The position numbers were made by a program, and so were the translations under genes. From NCBI GenBank assembly GCA_963796105.1, contig CAWCKJ010000004.1, positions 544,001-608,000 of the forward strand: DNA of 64,000 nt. Direction: 5' to 3'. Source of the DNA: a candidate division FCPU426 bacterium. Its GTDB lineage: Bacteria; Oederibacteriota; Muellerivitia; Muellerivitales; Muellerivitaceae. Shown piece by piece: positions 10,162-18,828 of this stretch. Position 1 is the stretch's first letter. Each line of letters starts with the position of its first letter. The notes below the pieces were generated by a model. It worked only from the letters and a program-made list of their open reading frames with translations. It had not been told where the DNA came from and did no database searches.

Positions 10162-11787
10162 TCATGCTTTTTCCTTAACCGCAGGCCGCGAGCAGGTGTC
10201 GGCGCTTTGAAAAGGCTCCGGCGCGCTGGTCTTAAACGCCAAAATTTTTCCAACGCCCGGAATGGAGGAGAAGGTCATCCCCCTCAAGGCCTCGGCCCCG
10301 AGAGCCATGTCGTTAAAGATAGACTGAGTGTCCTCCAGGTCCATCCCGGGGGCTTCAAGGGCCAATCCCAGGCGGTAAACCCAGACGCAGGCTTCCACAA
10401 CGTCCGGATGGGGCGAGTCCAGCGCCGCTTGGAATTTTTGCAGTCTCCACGTGGCGTTCACATAGGTTCCCGCCCGCTCCGTAAAAGGCAGGATGGGAAA
10501 AGCCATGGCCGCTTGCTGGGCCAGGGGGGTTTGATGGGTTGAAAGAACCACCAGGACCTTCACTTTTTTGTACTTTTTCAGGGACTCCTCCACATCCCTT
10601 CCCTGGGAGTCTGGATGAAGCAGGAGGACCGCCTTGAATTCCCCCTTTTCCATCCTTGTGTTGAACTTCTCATCCTCCTTTGGAATCCCTAAAAGTTTCA
10701 ACCCCGCCTCGTTGGGATATTTCTCCGGAAGTCTCAGAATGGAGTCGAAAGTCCCTTTGGAGGGACCGGAGGAAGCTCTTAGGTTCTTGGGGTTGAATTT
10801 CTTCTCGAACAATTTTAAAAGGGCGTATTGGTCCTCAAGGGTGGCATAGGGGGAGGCGATTCCCGCAATCTCCTCCTTGGAAATTCCCGCTAGAAGGGCG
10901 GCCAATTGGCCGATTCCCTCCTTCAGGGAAGTGTTCTTATGCCCCAGGCGAATTTCCATCAGGCGGTTCTCCTGGTAATGCTTGAAGGAAAACCGGCCCT
11001 CGTCGCAGATCCAGGCCTTGTTGAGCCCGGCGTTTTCCCTGGGCATGAAGCGGTAAATCCTTCCTTGGTTATGCTCCGCTGTGATATTGCAACCCCTCGC
11101 GCAACCCGGGCAGATGGACGGCGTTTTTTTCAGGAGCCAAACCCTCTGTTTGAAGCGGAATTCCTTCAGGGTGAGCGCGCCGACCGGGCAGACATCCGCG
11201 ACATTGCCCGAATAGGGGTTGTCCAGCCGGATACCAGGGAAGATGGTGAGCTTGGCCTCGTGCCCGCGGTGGATGATCCCCAGTTCGGAGGTTTTGGGGA
11301 CCTCATCCACGAAACGGATGCAACGGGTGCAAAGAACGCAGCGCTCCTGGTCCAAAACGACATGCTCGCCGATATCCTCGGCTTTGCCTCCCTTGAAATA
11401 CCGCTCGACTCCCCGGCGGAAGTCATAAAGGCCGTACTGCATGTATTGGTCCTGGAGCCTGCACTCCCCCGCCTTGTCGCAGACGGGGCAGTCCAGTGGA
11501 TGGTCCAGCAGGAGCATTTCCAGCGCGGTTCTTTGGGCCTCCTGTGCCCTGGGAGTGTCCGTATGGATGACCATTCCTTCCGCCGCGTGGGTGTTGCACC
11601 CGATGGCGAGCTGGTTGCCCTTGGGCCCCTCGATTTCCACCATGCAGGTGCGGCAATTGCCAGCCACCGGCAGGTAGCGGTGGTAGCAAAAGTGCTCCAG
11701 GGGGATGCCGTTGGTGACTGCCGCCTCCAGCACATTCGTGCCTTCGGGGACCTCCACTTTTTTCCCGTTGATGGTGATTTTCGCCAC
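10162..11787 (-). CDS. nuoG: NADH-quinone oxidoreductase subunit G (short form)
   Basis: HFCYH...GNCRTC, HPLDCPVCDKAGECRLQ, CVLCTRCIRF and CPGCARGC Fe-S motifs. Confidence 0.93.
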   Translation of the reverse strand: MAKITINGKKVEVPEGTNVLEAAVTNGIPLEHFCYHRYLPVAGNCRTCMVEIEGPKGNQLAIGCNTHAAEGMVIHTDTPRAQEAQRTALEMLLLDHPLDCPVCDKAGECRLQDQYMQYGLYDFRRGVERYFKGGKAEDIGEHVVLDQERCVLCTRCIRFVDEVPKTSELGIIHRGHEAKLTIFPGIRLDNPYSGNVADVCPVGALTLKEFRFKQRVWLLKKTPSICPGCARGCNITAEHNQGRIYRFMPRENAGLNKAWICDEGRFSFKHYQENRLMEIRLGHKNTSLKEGIGQLAALLAGISKEEIAGIASPYATLEDQYALLKLFEKKFNPKNLRASSGPSKGTFDSILRLPEKYPNEAGLKLLGIPKEDEKFNTRMEKGEFKAVLLLHPDSQGRDVEESLKKYKKVKVLVVLSTHQTPLAQQAAMAFPILPFTERAGTYVNATWRLQKFQAALDSPHPDVVEACVWVYRLGLALEAPGMDLEDTQSIFNDMALGAEALRGMTFSSIPGVGKILAFKTSAPEPFQSADTCSRPAVKEKA

Positions 11788-11789
11788 TT

Positions 11790-13079
11790 TTAAATCCCCT
11801 TGATTTCAGCCGGAACGGCTGAAAAAGTAGGTTTGCAGAGCCTCTCAAAATCCGGCCGGAACTTCTTGATGAAGCTTTTCAACGGCATGGCCAGGGCCGC
11901 CGAAAAAACGCAGATGGTGTGCCCCTCCATGTCATCGGCGACCTCCAGCATCAGGTCCAGGTCCTTGGTAGTGCTCTCCCCGGAGAGTAGTTTTTGCATG
12001 AGACGGTGCTCCCAGGCCGTGCCTTCCCGGCAGGGTGTGCATTGCCCGCAGGATTCGTGGGAATAAAAATGGGTCAGGTTGCCGAGGACCCTGGCCATGT
12101 CCGTGTGCTCGTTCAATAGGATGGCGCATCCCGTTCCCAGGAAAGTGCCATGGTCGTGCATGCTCTCATAGGTAAGCAGGAGATCCTCGCATTCCTTGGC
12201 CGTCAGCACCGGGCAGGAGGAACCCCCGGGAATGACGGCTTTGAGGCGCCCTCCCTTCACTCCCTTGCCGAATTTCTCGATGAATTCCATCATGGGCAAG
12301 CCGAAAGGCATCTCCCAGTACCCGGCTTGGTTCACGTGGCCCGAGAGCCCGAAGAGATGCGTGCCGGGGGAATCTGGCGTCCCGATGGAAGTGTAGGCTT
12401 TCGCCCCGTTCTGGATGATCCAGGGGACGGACGCGAGGGTCTTCACGTTGTTGACGATGGTGGGCCGGCGGAAAAGGCCCACGGAAGCGGGAAAGGGCGG
12501 CTTGATCCTGGGTTTTCCTGGTTTTCCTTCCAGTGATTCCAACAATCCCGTTTCCTCCCCGCAGATGTAGGCTCCCGCCCCGCGATGCACGTAAACCTCC
12601 AAGTCGAACCCCGAGTCCAGGATGTTTTTCCCTAGGTAGCCGGATTTTTTGGCCTCCTCAATGGCCCCGTTCAAACGCCGCATTTCATCGAAGAATTCTC
12701 CCCGGATATAGACATAGGCTATATGGCATCCGATGGCGTAGCTGGCGCAGACCACGCCTTCCAAGAGCAGGTGCGGGTCGTTCAACAGCATATACCGGTC
12801 GGTAAAGGTGCCTGGTTCGCCCTCGTCGGCGTTGACCACCAGGTAAACGGGCTTTCCGGCCGCGGGCGGCACGAAGGACCACTTGGTCCCAGTCGAAAAA
12901 CCCGCCCCGCCTCGGCCCTTGAGGCCGGAAGCCTTCACCTCATTGATCACCTCCGAAGGTTTCATGGAGAAAAGCTTTTTCAGGGACGAGTAGCCGCCGG
13001 TGGACAACGACACCTTCAAGGTGTGGCTATCCTGGAGGCCGAATCTCTTTGTCAATTGCGGTTCAACTGTCGGCATCAT
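11790..13079 (-). CDS. nuoF: NADH-quinone oxidoreductase subunit F
   Basis: GLKGRGGAGF, NADEGEPGT, GAGAYICGEET, ESCGQCTPCREG. Confidence 0.97.
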   Translation of the reverse strand: MMPTVEPQLTKRFGLQDSHTLKVSLSTGGYSSLKKLFSMKPSEVINEVKASGLKGRGGAGFSTGTKWSFVPPAAGKPVYLVVNADEGEPGTFTDRYMLLNDPHLLLEGVVCASYAIGCHIAYVYIRGEFFDEMRRLNGAIEEAKKSGYLGKNILDSGFDLEVYVHRGAGAYICGEETGLLESLEGKPGKPRIKPPFPASVGLFRRPTIVNNVKTLASVPWIIQNGAKAYTSIGTPDSPGTHLFGLSGHVNQAGYWEMPFGLPMMEFIEKFGKGVKGGRLKAVIPGGSSCPVLTAKECEDLLLTYESMHDHGTFLGTGCAILLNEHTDMARVLGNLTHFYSHESCGQCTPCREGTAWEHRLMQKLLSGESTTKDLDLMLEVADDMEGHTICVFSAALAMPLKSFIKKFRPDFERLCKPTFSAVPAEIKGI

Positions 13080-13110
13080 CTCTCCAATGATAAGAAATCA
13101 TTCCGGATTT

Positions 13111-13602
13111 CTATCTTCTGATCTCGAACATTTTTAATTTTTCAATCAACTTTTCGATCTTCTCCGGCGTCAGGTTCTCGTGGTACTCGTCGTTCACCCT
13201 CATGCAGGGACCCGTGTGGCAGGATGCCAGGCATTCCACTGGCTGGTAGCTAAAAAGGCCGTCAGGCGTGGTTTCCCCCGGTTTCAAGTCCAGAACCCTC
13301 TCGAGGGTTTTCTGGATTTCCTCGGCCCCGTTCAAAAGGCAGGAAAGGGTTTTGCAGACCTGCAGGTTGTACTTGCCCGGCTTGTTCTTGTGGTAAAGGG
13401 TGTAAAACTCGGCCACTTCCAGGACCTGGACCGGGGAGACGCCCACCAGTTTCGCGGCCGCCTCTAAAACATCATTGGACAGCCATCCAAAATCCCTCTG
13501 GGCGAGCCAGAGCGCCGGCAACAAGGCCGCCCTGCGGACAGGATACCGGGCCGCGATACTCTCGAACTCTTTAATGGTTTCCGGTTTGAATGCCACAGCC
13601 AT
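13111..13602 (-). CDS. nuoE: NADH-quinone oxidoreductase subunit E
   Basis: VCKTLSC...ECLASC 2Fe-2S ligands; VAEFYTLY. Confidence 0.95.
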   Translation of the reverse strand: MAVAFKPETIKEFESIAARYPVRRAALLPALWLAQRDFGWLSNDVLEAAAKLVGVSPVQVLEVAEFYTLYHKNKPGKYNLQVCKTLSCLLNGAEEIQKTLERVLDLKPGETTPDGLFSYQPVECLASCHTGPCMRVNDEYHENLTPEKIEKLIEKLKMFEIRR

Positions 13603-13664
13603 ATCGACCCCTGAATTTAAAATTCAACATTTAAAATTTAAAATTCGAGCTTGATCATTTCCTT

Positions 13665-14912
13665 TCAACGATCCAGCTCGCCGGCGATGATATTGATGGA
13701 CCCCAGGTTCACAATGGCGTCGGCGATCATGGAACCCTCGATCATCTCGTGGAACGCCGCGAAATTCATGAAACAAGGAGGTCGGCATTTCATCCGATAG
13801 GGATTCTTTCCCCCGTCGGACACGATATAGAAACCCAATTCCCCGTTGGCGGCCTCGGTGGCGTCGTAAATCTCCCCCGCCTCCGGGCGGATGCCGTGCA
13901 TGATGATTTTGAAATGGTTCATCAAGCCCTCGATATTGCCGTAGGTTTGAGCCTTGGGGGGCAGGGCCACCCTCTTGTCGTCGCTTATCACCGGCCCGCC
14001 TGGCATCTTCCGGAGGGCTTGCTCGATGATGGATGCGGATTCCTCGATCTCGTAAAGCCGCACGAAAATGCGGTCGAAAACGTCCCCTCGGGTCCCCACC
14101 GGCACCTCGAACTTGAAATCCTCGTAATGGTAATAGGGCTCCGCCTTGCGGAGGTCGTAATCCACCCCGCAGGCCCTTAAAGTCGGCCCGGTCCAGCCGT
14201 AGGAGAGTGCCCTTTCCTTGGAGATCACGCAGACTCCCTGGGTGCGGTCGAGGAAAATCCGGTTTGTTTCCACGAGTTTCTTCACATCCGAGAGGCTTTC
14301 CCTCACGGCCTTCAGGGCCGCGCGGACTTCCCCGCCGAAAGCGGGATAAACGTCCCTCATCAATCCCCCGATGCGGGTATAGCTGGAGGTCAGCCTGGCC
14401 CCGCAAAGCTTTTCCAGGATGTCGTAAACCTTCTCCCGGACGTTGAAAAAATACCAGAAATTGGTCAAGGCCCCCATGTCCACGAGGTTGGCCCCCACGC
14501 AAACCACGTGGTCGATGATGCGGTTCAACTCGGCGGTGATCACGCGGATGAAGACCGCCCGTTCCGGGATCTGGATCCGGAGCATGCGTTCCACCGCCTT
14601 GCAGTAACCCACGTTGTTCATGATGGCCGAGACGTAATTGAGCCGGTCAGTGTAAGGGATCCCCTGTTGGAAAGTATGCGCCTCGCAATCCTTCTCGAAA
14701 CCCCGGTGAAGGTATCCCTGCTCTGTCACAGCGCCCACAATGGTCTCGCCGTCCAGGGCGCAGAGAACCCTCAGGGCCCCGTGGGTGGCCGGGTGGCTGG
14801 GCCCCAAGTTCACGTAAACCAAGTCCTTTTTTTCCTTGGGACCTGAAAAATCCATTCCTGAGGCTGATTCTGCGTGGGGTAGAAGGGTTTCGGGGTTGAA
14901 AGAGGAACTCAT
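13665..14912 (-). CDS. nuoD: NADH-quinone oxidoreductase subunit D
   Basis: NLGPSHPATHGALR, GYLHRGFEK, YTDRLNY, C-terminal GELDR. Confidence 0.97.
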   Translation of the reverse strand: MSSSFNPETLLPHAESASGMDFSGPKEKKDLVYVNLGPSHPATHGALRVLCALDGETIVGAVTEQGYLHRGFEKDCEAHTFQQGIPYTDRLNYVSAIMNNVGYCKAVERMLRIQIPERAVFIRVITAELNRIIDHVVCVGANLVDMGALTNFWYFFNVREKVYDILEKLCGARLTSSYTRIGGLMRDVYPAFGGEVRAALKAVRESLSDVKKLVETNRIFLDRTQGVCVISKERALSYGWTGPTLRACGVDYDLRKAEPYYHYEDFKFEVPVGTRGDVFDRIFVRLYEIEESASIIEQALRKMPGGPVISDDKRVALPPKAQTYGNIEGLMNHFKIIMHGIRPEAGEIYDATEAANGELGFYIVSDGGKNPYRMKCRPPCFMNFAAFHEMIEGSMIADAIVNLGSINIIAGELDR

Positions 14913-15448
14913 CGGAACCCCTTGGCCCTGAGGCGCGAATCCATCTCATCCATCAGGGATTCGTTGTTGGAAAGCGATTGGCGTTTAGTGATGGGATAGT
15001 CCTTGCGCAGGGGATGCCCCACGAACTCATGGTGGTTCAGGATGCGCTTCAAGTTGGGATGGCCCGTGAAGCGCACGCCCATCTGGTCGAAAGCTTCCCT
15101 CTCCAGCCTTTCCGCGTTGGCGAATAGCGGGACCAGGGACGGGACGGAAGGATCGTCCTCCGGTACCAGGACCTTCAATTGGAGGCGGTGCTTCTGGGTA
15201 ACGGATTTGAATAGGTAGGCCAAGCCAAATCTCTCCACTTCCCATCCGGGAAAGGCTGAATAGTCGATGGAAACCAGGTCCACGAGCATATCCATATGCA
15301 AATTGGCGTTGTCCCGGAGGGTTTTCACCACATCCCCAAGACTATTCCGGTCCACTTGGATTTCCAGGAATCCGTAGCGGTCTTGTGAGCCCAGAATGGC
15401 GTCCGGATGTTTCCGTTGGAGTTTTTCAAGGATCAAAATATTTTCCAT
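14909..15448 (-). CDS. nuoC: NADH-quinone oxidoreductase subunit C
   Basis: EREAFDQMGVRFTGHPNLKRIL...GHPLRKDYP; start probably ATG 15448. Confidence 0.95.
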   Translation of the reverse strand: MENILILEKLQRKHPDAILGSQDRYGFLEIQVDRNSLGDVVKTLRDNANLHMDMLVDLVSIDYSAFPGWEVERFGLAYLFKSVTQKHRLQLKVLVPEDDPSVPSLVPLFANAERLEREAFDQMGVRFTGHPNLKRILNHHEFVGHPLRKDYPITKRQSLSNNESLMDEMDSRLRAKGFR

Positions 15449-15544
15449 TGAATAACGAAACCTTTCCCTTGGAAGGCTGACTATCAAACATTAAAGAAAC
15501 TAACTGCGCATCGTCATTTTGCCGTGATTCACCCCGTGCAAAAA

Positions 15545-16048
15545 TCAGTAATCAAACTTCGGTTCTTTCACCTGGAACTGGGCTTGAGGGGTAGTCTTAG
15601 AGTTGGCGATCTTGTGTTGGAGTTTCATCACGGCTTCCAGGATGGCCTCTGGCCGGGGGGGACAGCCGGAAATGTAAACATCCACCGGTATCACCTGGTC
15701 GATCCCCTGAACGGTGCAGTAGTTGTTGTAAAACCCGCCGGAGGAGGCGCAAACTCCCATCGAAACAACCCACTTGGGATCAGACATTTGCTCATATACT
15801 TGTTTGAGAATTGGCGCCTGCTTGAAGGTGACGGTGCCTGCGACTAGGAGCAAGTCAGCTTGGCGGGGGGAAAACCGGATAAGTTCGGCCCCGAAGCGGG
15901 AGAGATCGAACACCGAGGCCGCCACGCTCATGAACTCAATGGCGCAGCAGGCGGTGCCGAAAGCCATGGGCCAAAGTGAGTTTTTCCGGCCCCAATCGGC
16001 CACCGCGTCCAGGCGGGTCGTGATAAAAGGAATTTCTTCTATTCCCAA
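15545..16048 (-). CDS. nuoB: NADH-quinone oxidoreductase subunit B
   Basis: FGTACCAIE, FSPRQAD, GCPPRPE; TTG start at 16048 overlaps the end of nuoA. Confidence 0.96.
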   Translation of the reverse strand: MGIEEIPFITTRLDAVADWGRKNSLWPMAFGTACCAIEFMSVAASVFDLSRFGAELIRFSPRQADLLLVAGTVTFKQAPILKQVYEQMSDPKWVVSMGVCASSGGFYNNYCTVQGIDQVIPVDVYISGCPPRPEAILEAVMKLQHKIANSKTTPQAQFQVKEPKFDY

Positions 16049-16416
16049 TCCAGCGCCCCCCTTTTCAGGAGGTAAAACCAGCCGAAAGCCAGCACCCCTA
16101 GGAATCCCATCATGGAAAAGAACCCGCCCCAGGCAAGCTTTTGGAAGACCGCCGCCCAGGGAAAAAGAAACACGATTTCCACGTCGAAAACCAGGAAACA
16201 CATGGCGACCAGGTAGAATTTGACGTTGAACCGATAGCGGGCGTCGCCCGCCTGGCCTGGGGGTTGAATTCCGCATTCATAAGTGGAGAGCTTGGCTTGA
16301 TTGGGGTTGCGGGGCCCTAATAGGAGGGAGACGAGAAGCATGCCAGCGGGAACCAAGAGGGCAAGCGCGAAGGCCAAAACAAATGGGTATAAATTCTCCA
16401 TAAACCCGGAATTCAT
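16039..16416 (-). CDS. nuoA: NADH-quinone oxidoreductase subunit A
   Basis: YECG, FYLVAMCFLVFDVE, C-terminal GALDWE; GGGGGAG RBS before ATG 16416. Confidence 0.96.
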   Translation of the reverse strand: MNSGFMENLYPFVLAFALALLVPAGMLLVSLLLGPRNPNQAKLSTYECGIQPPGQAGDARYRFNVKFYLVAMCFLVFDVEIVFLFPWAAVFQKLAWGGFFSMMGFLGVLAFGWFYLLKRGALDWE

Positions 16417-16631
16417 CGCGCTCCCCCCTGTTCCCAACACGTTCCCGCCTATTTTCCGCATAAAAGCCGGGACGTAAACAACGAATTATAGGTTTTTCAT
16501 GGATAAAGGGTCAATGTGGGGCTGGTAATAAAACCTACATGAGACCATGGGAATGGACAAAAGCGATGGGATTTAAACAGAGGTGAATTGGTTCAAAGAC
16601 CTATGTGTTTGCGTTTTAAGGGTTTAATCAC

Positions 16632-17186
16632 TTAAATGAAAGAATAGCCCACCAGGAATGTAAGGGTTCCATTCTGAAGATTGGCTTTATTCTCAACGTT
16701 TTGAAGGCCCAATTCATACCGCCCGCTGATGATCAATTTGTCGAAATCCAGTTCCACCCCGCCGATCAAGCCTGTGTCAAAGCTGTTCACACCGCTCAGG
16801 TTATTGGAAAGTACATTCTCGCTGAAAGCCGGTCCCAGGAGGATGGCCGGGTTGACGACGGGGGTTCCGAGTGAAAGCTTCACGAGAATTGGAACTTCCA
16901 GGTAATCCAATTCGCTGGTAGTGGACTCCCCCGCGATCTTGGCCCCTTTTTGCTCATATAAAATCTCAGGCCTAATGGAGAAATTGTTGCCGAAGTTCAA
17001 GCCCAAAAACCCGCCCCCGGCAAAACCCAAACGGGAGTCGGTTAATTTTGTTTTGGAAACATCATCCCCGATGAAATTGGCGAAATTCGCCCCAGCTTCC
17101 AGTCCCAAGTTGAAGGTCTGGGCCGAAGCCCGGCAAACCAATAAACCTGCAATTAAAAAAGCCGTGGTCATAATTCTCAATTTCAT
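16632..17186 (-). CDS. Outer-membrane beta-barrel protein (PorT/OMP_b-brl_2-like porin family)
   Basis: Signal peptide ending ASA|Q; GLEAGANF, RPEILYEQKG, YLEVPIL, RYELGL; C-terminal VGYSF aromatic strand. Confidence 0.8.
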   Translation of the reverse strand: MKLRIMTTAFLIAGLLVCRASAQTFNLGLEAGANFANFIGDDVSKTKLTDSRLGFAGGGFLGLNFGNNFSIRPEILYEQKGAKIAGESTTSELDYLEVPILVKLSLGTPVVNPAILLGPAFSENVLSNNLSGVNSFDTGLIGGVELDFDKLIISGRYELGLQNVENKANLQNGTLTFLVGYSFI

Positions 17187-17255
17187 TCTCTTTCTCCTTT
17201 GATCCTTTAGTGGCATACCCATTAGACGTGCCAACGAAAAGGAAGGTTTCTCCAC

Positions 17256-18701
17256 TTATTTGGCTTTCTTGGACCACTCAGTATGCAGGAAACCCATCTC
17301 CGGATGGTCCGTCCTCTGGTAGGTATGGGCCCCGAAGAAATCCCTTTGGGCCTGGGTGAGGTTCTGGGGCAGATCCGCCGTTCGGTAGCTGTCGAAATAG
17401 GCCAAGCTGGCGCCCATGGCGGGAACCGGGATTCCCAGGGACACTGCCGTTGATACCACCTTGCGCCAGCTTCCCTGGGTGGATTCCACTTGTTTCCTGA
17501 ATGAGTCGTCCAAAAGAAGCGAGGGAAGGTTGGGATCGCGGTCATAGGCCTTCATGATCTCGTCCAAAAGCCTCGCGCGGATGATACAGCCCCCCTTCCA
17601 AATGCGGGCCATTTCCTTGAGGTTGACGTTCCAATGGTACTCGTCCGAGGCCGCCTTGATGAGGCGCATGCCCTGGGTGTAGGAGCATATCTTGGAATCG
17701 TACAAGGCGTCCCGGACCGCGTCGATGAGTTCCTGCTTGGCCGGCTTATCGGACGATATCCCCGTGCCCTTGATTTTCGTGGAAACCTTGACCCTCTCTT
17801 CTTTCATGGAGGATAAGGACCTCGCGTCGATGGCCGCGGCGATGGTGGGAATGGGAACTCCCAGGTCTAGGGCGATCTGGACGGTCCACTTCCCCGTGCC
17901 CTTTTGTCCCGCCTTGTCCAACACCATGTCCACCAGGGGATTGTCCGTCTCGTCATCCTTCACGGTGAAAACTTTGGCGGTAAGCTCGATCAGGAAGGAA
18001 TCCAGCAGGCCCTTGTTCCATCCCGCGAAAATTTCCCCCAGTTCCCGTGCCTTCAAGCCCAGGCCTTTGCGGAGGATGTCGTAAGCCTCGGCGATCAACT
18101 GCATATCGCCGTACTCGATGCCGTTGTGGACCATCTTGACGAAATGGCCCGCCCCGTCCGGGCCCACGTGGGTCACGCAGGGCCCGGAGTCGGTCTTGGC
18201 GGAGATGGCCTCGAACACGGGCCGCACGAATTCGTAGGCCTTGGGGCTTCCCCCCGGCATGATGGAGGGCCCGAAGCGCGCCCCTTCCTCTCCCCCCGAA
18301 ACGCCCGCCCCGAAGAAAAAGAAACCCTCCCGGGTCAATTCCGCCTCCCGGCGCTGGGTGTCCTTGAACCAGGAATTGCCCCCGTCAATGACGATATCCC
18401 CTTTGGAAAGGAGGGGTTTCAACTTCTGGATAGTTTCATCCACCGGATCCCCGGCCTTGATCATGAGCATCACGCGCCGGGGAGGTTTCAAGGATTTCAC
18501 GAATTCCTCCAGGGAATAGGCGCCGATGAATTTTTTTCCGGGATACTTTTTCATAAAGGGGTTGACCCGGTCGCTGTGATGGTTGTACACCGCCACGCTG
18601 AAACCGTGGTCCTCGATGTTCAGGGCCAGGTTCTCCCCCATGACCGCGATCCCCAGGACGCCAAAATCCGCCTGTTTCAATGGTTGATCCTGTGACGCCA
18701 T
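17256..18701 (-). CDS. gndA: NADP-dependent 6-phosphogluconate dehydrogenase
   Basis: GIAVMG, IDGGNS, GVSGGEEGA, GHFVKMVHNGIEYGDMQ, QAQRDFFGAHTY. Confidence 0.97.
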   Translation of the reverse strand: MASQDQPLKQADFGVLGIAVMGENLALNIEDHGFSVAVYNHHSDRVNPFMKKYPGKKFIGAYSLEEFVKSLKPPRRVMLMIKAGDPVDETIQKLKPLLSKGDIVIDGGNSWFKDTQRREAELTREGFFFFGAGVSGGEEGARFGPSIMPGGSPKAYEFVRPVFEAISAKTDSGPCVTHVGPDGAGHFVKMVHNGIEYGDMQLIAEAYDILRKGLGLKARELGEIFAGWNKGLLDSFLIELTAKVFTVKDDETDNPLVDMVLDKAGQKGTGKWTVQIALDLGVPIPTIAAAIDARSLSSMKEERVKVSTKIKGTGISSDKPAKQELIDAVRDALYDSKICSYTQGMRLIKAASDEYHWNVNLKEMARIWKGGCIIRARLLDEIMKAYDRDPNLPSLLLDDSFRKQVESTQGSWRKVVSTAVSLGIPVPAMGASLAYFDSYRTADLPQNLTQAQRDFFGAHTYQRTDHPEMGFLHTEWSKKAK

Positions 18702-18828
18702 AGCCTGTCCTCCCTTAGTTGTATCGTGCGCGGCATTTTAGCATGAAGGTAATCCGAAAACCGAAAGCCCAGCGGGCTATAATAATAAAACCTTCCCGCG
18801 CCGATTCGGGACTATCGGGAGCGAGTGA

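Noticed and set aside
16049..16276. N-terminal extension of the 243-aa nuoB ORF
   Set aside because: It overlaps nuoA, and NuoB similarity starts at TTG 16048.
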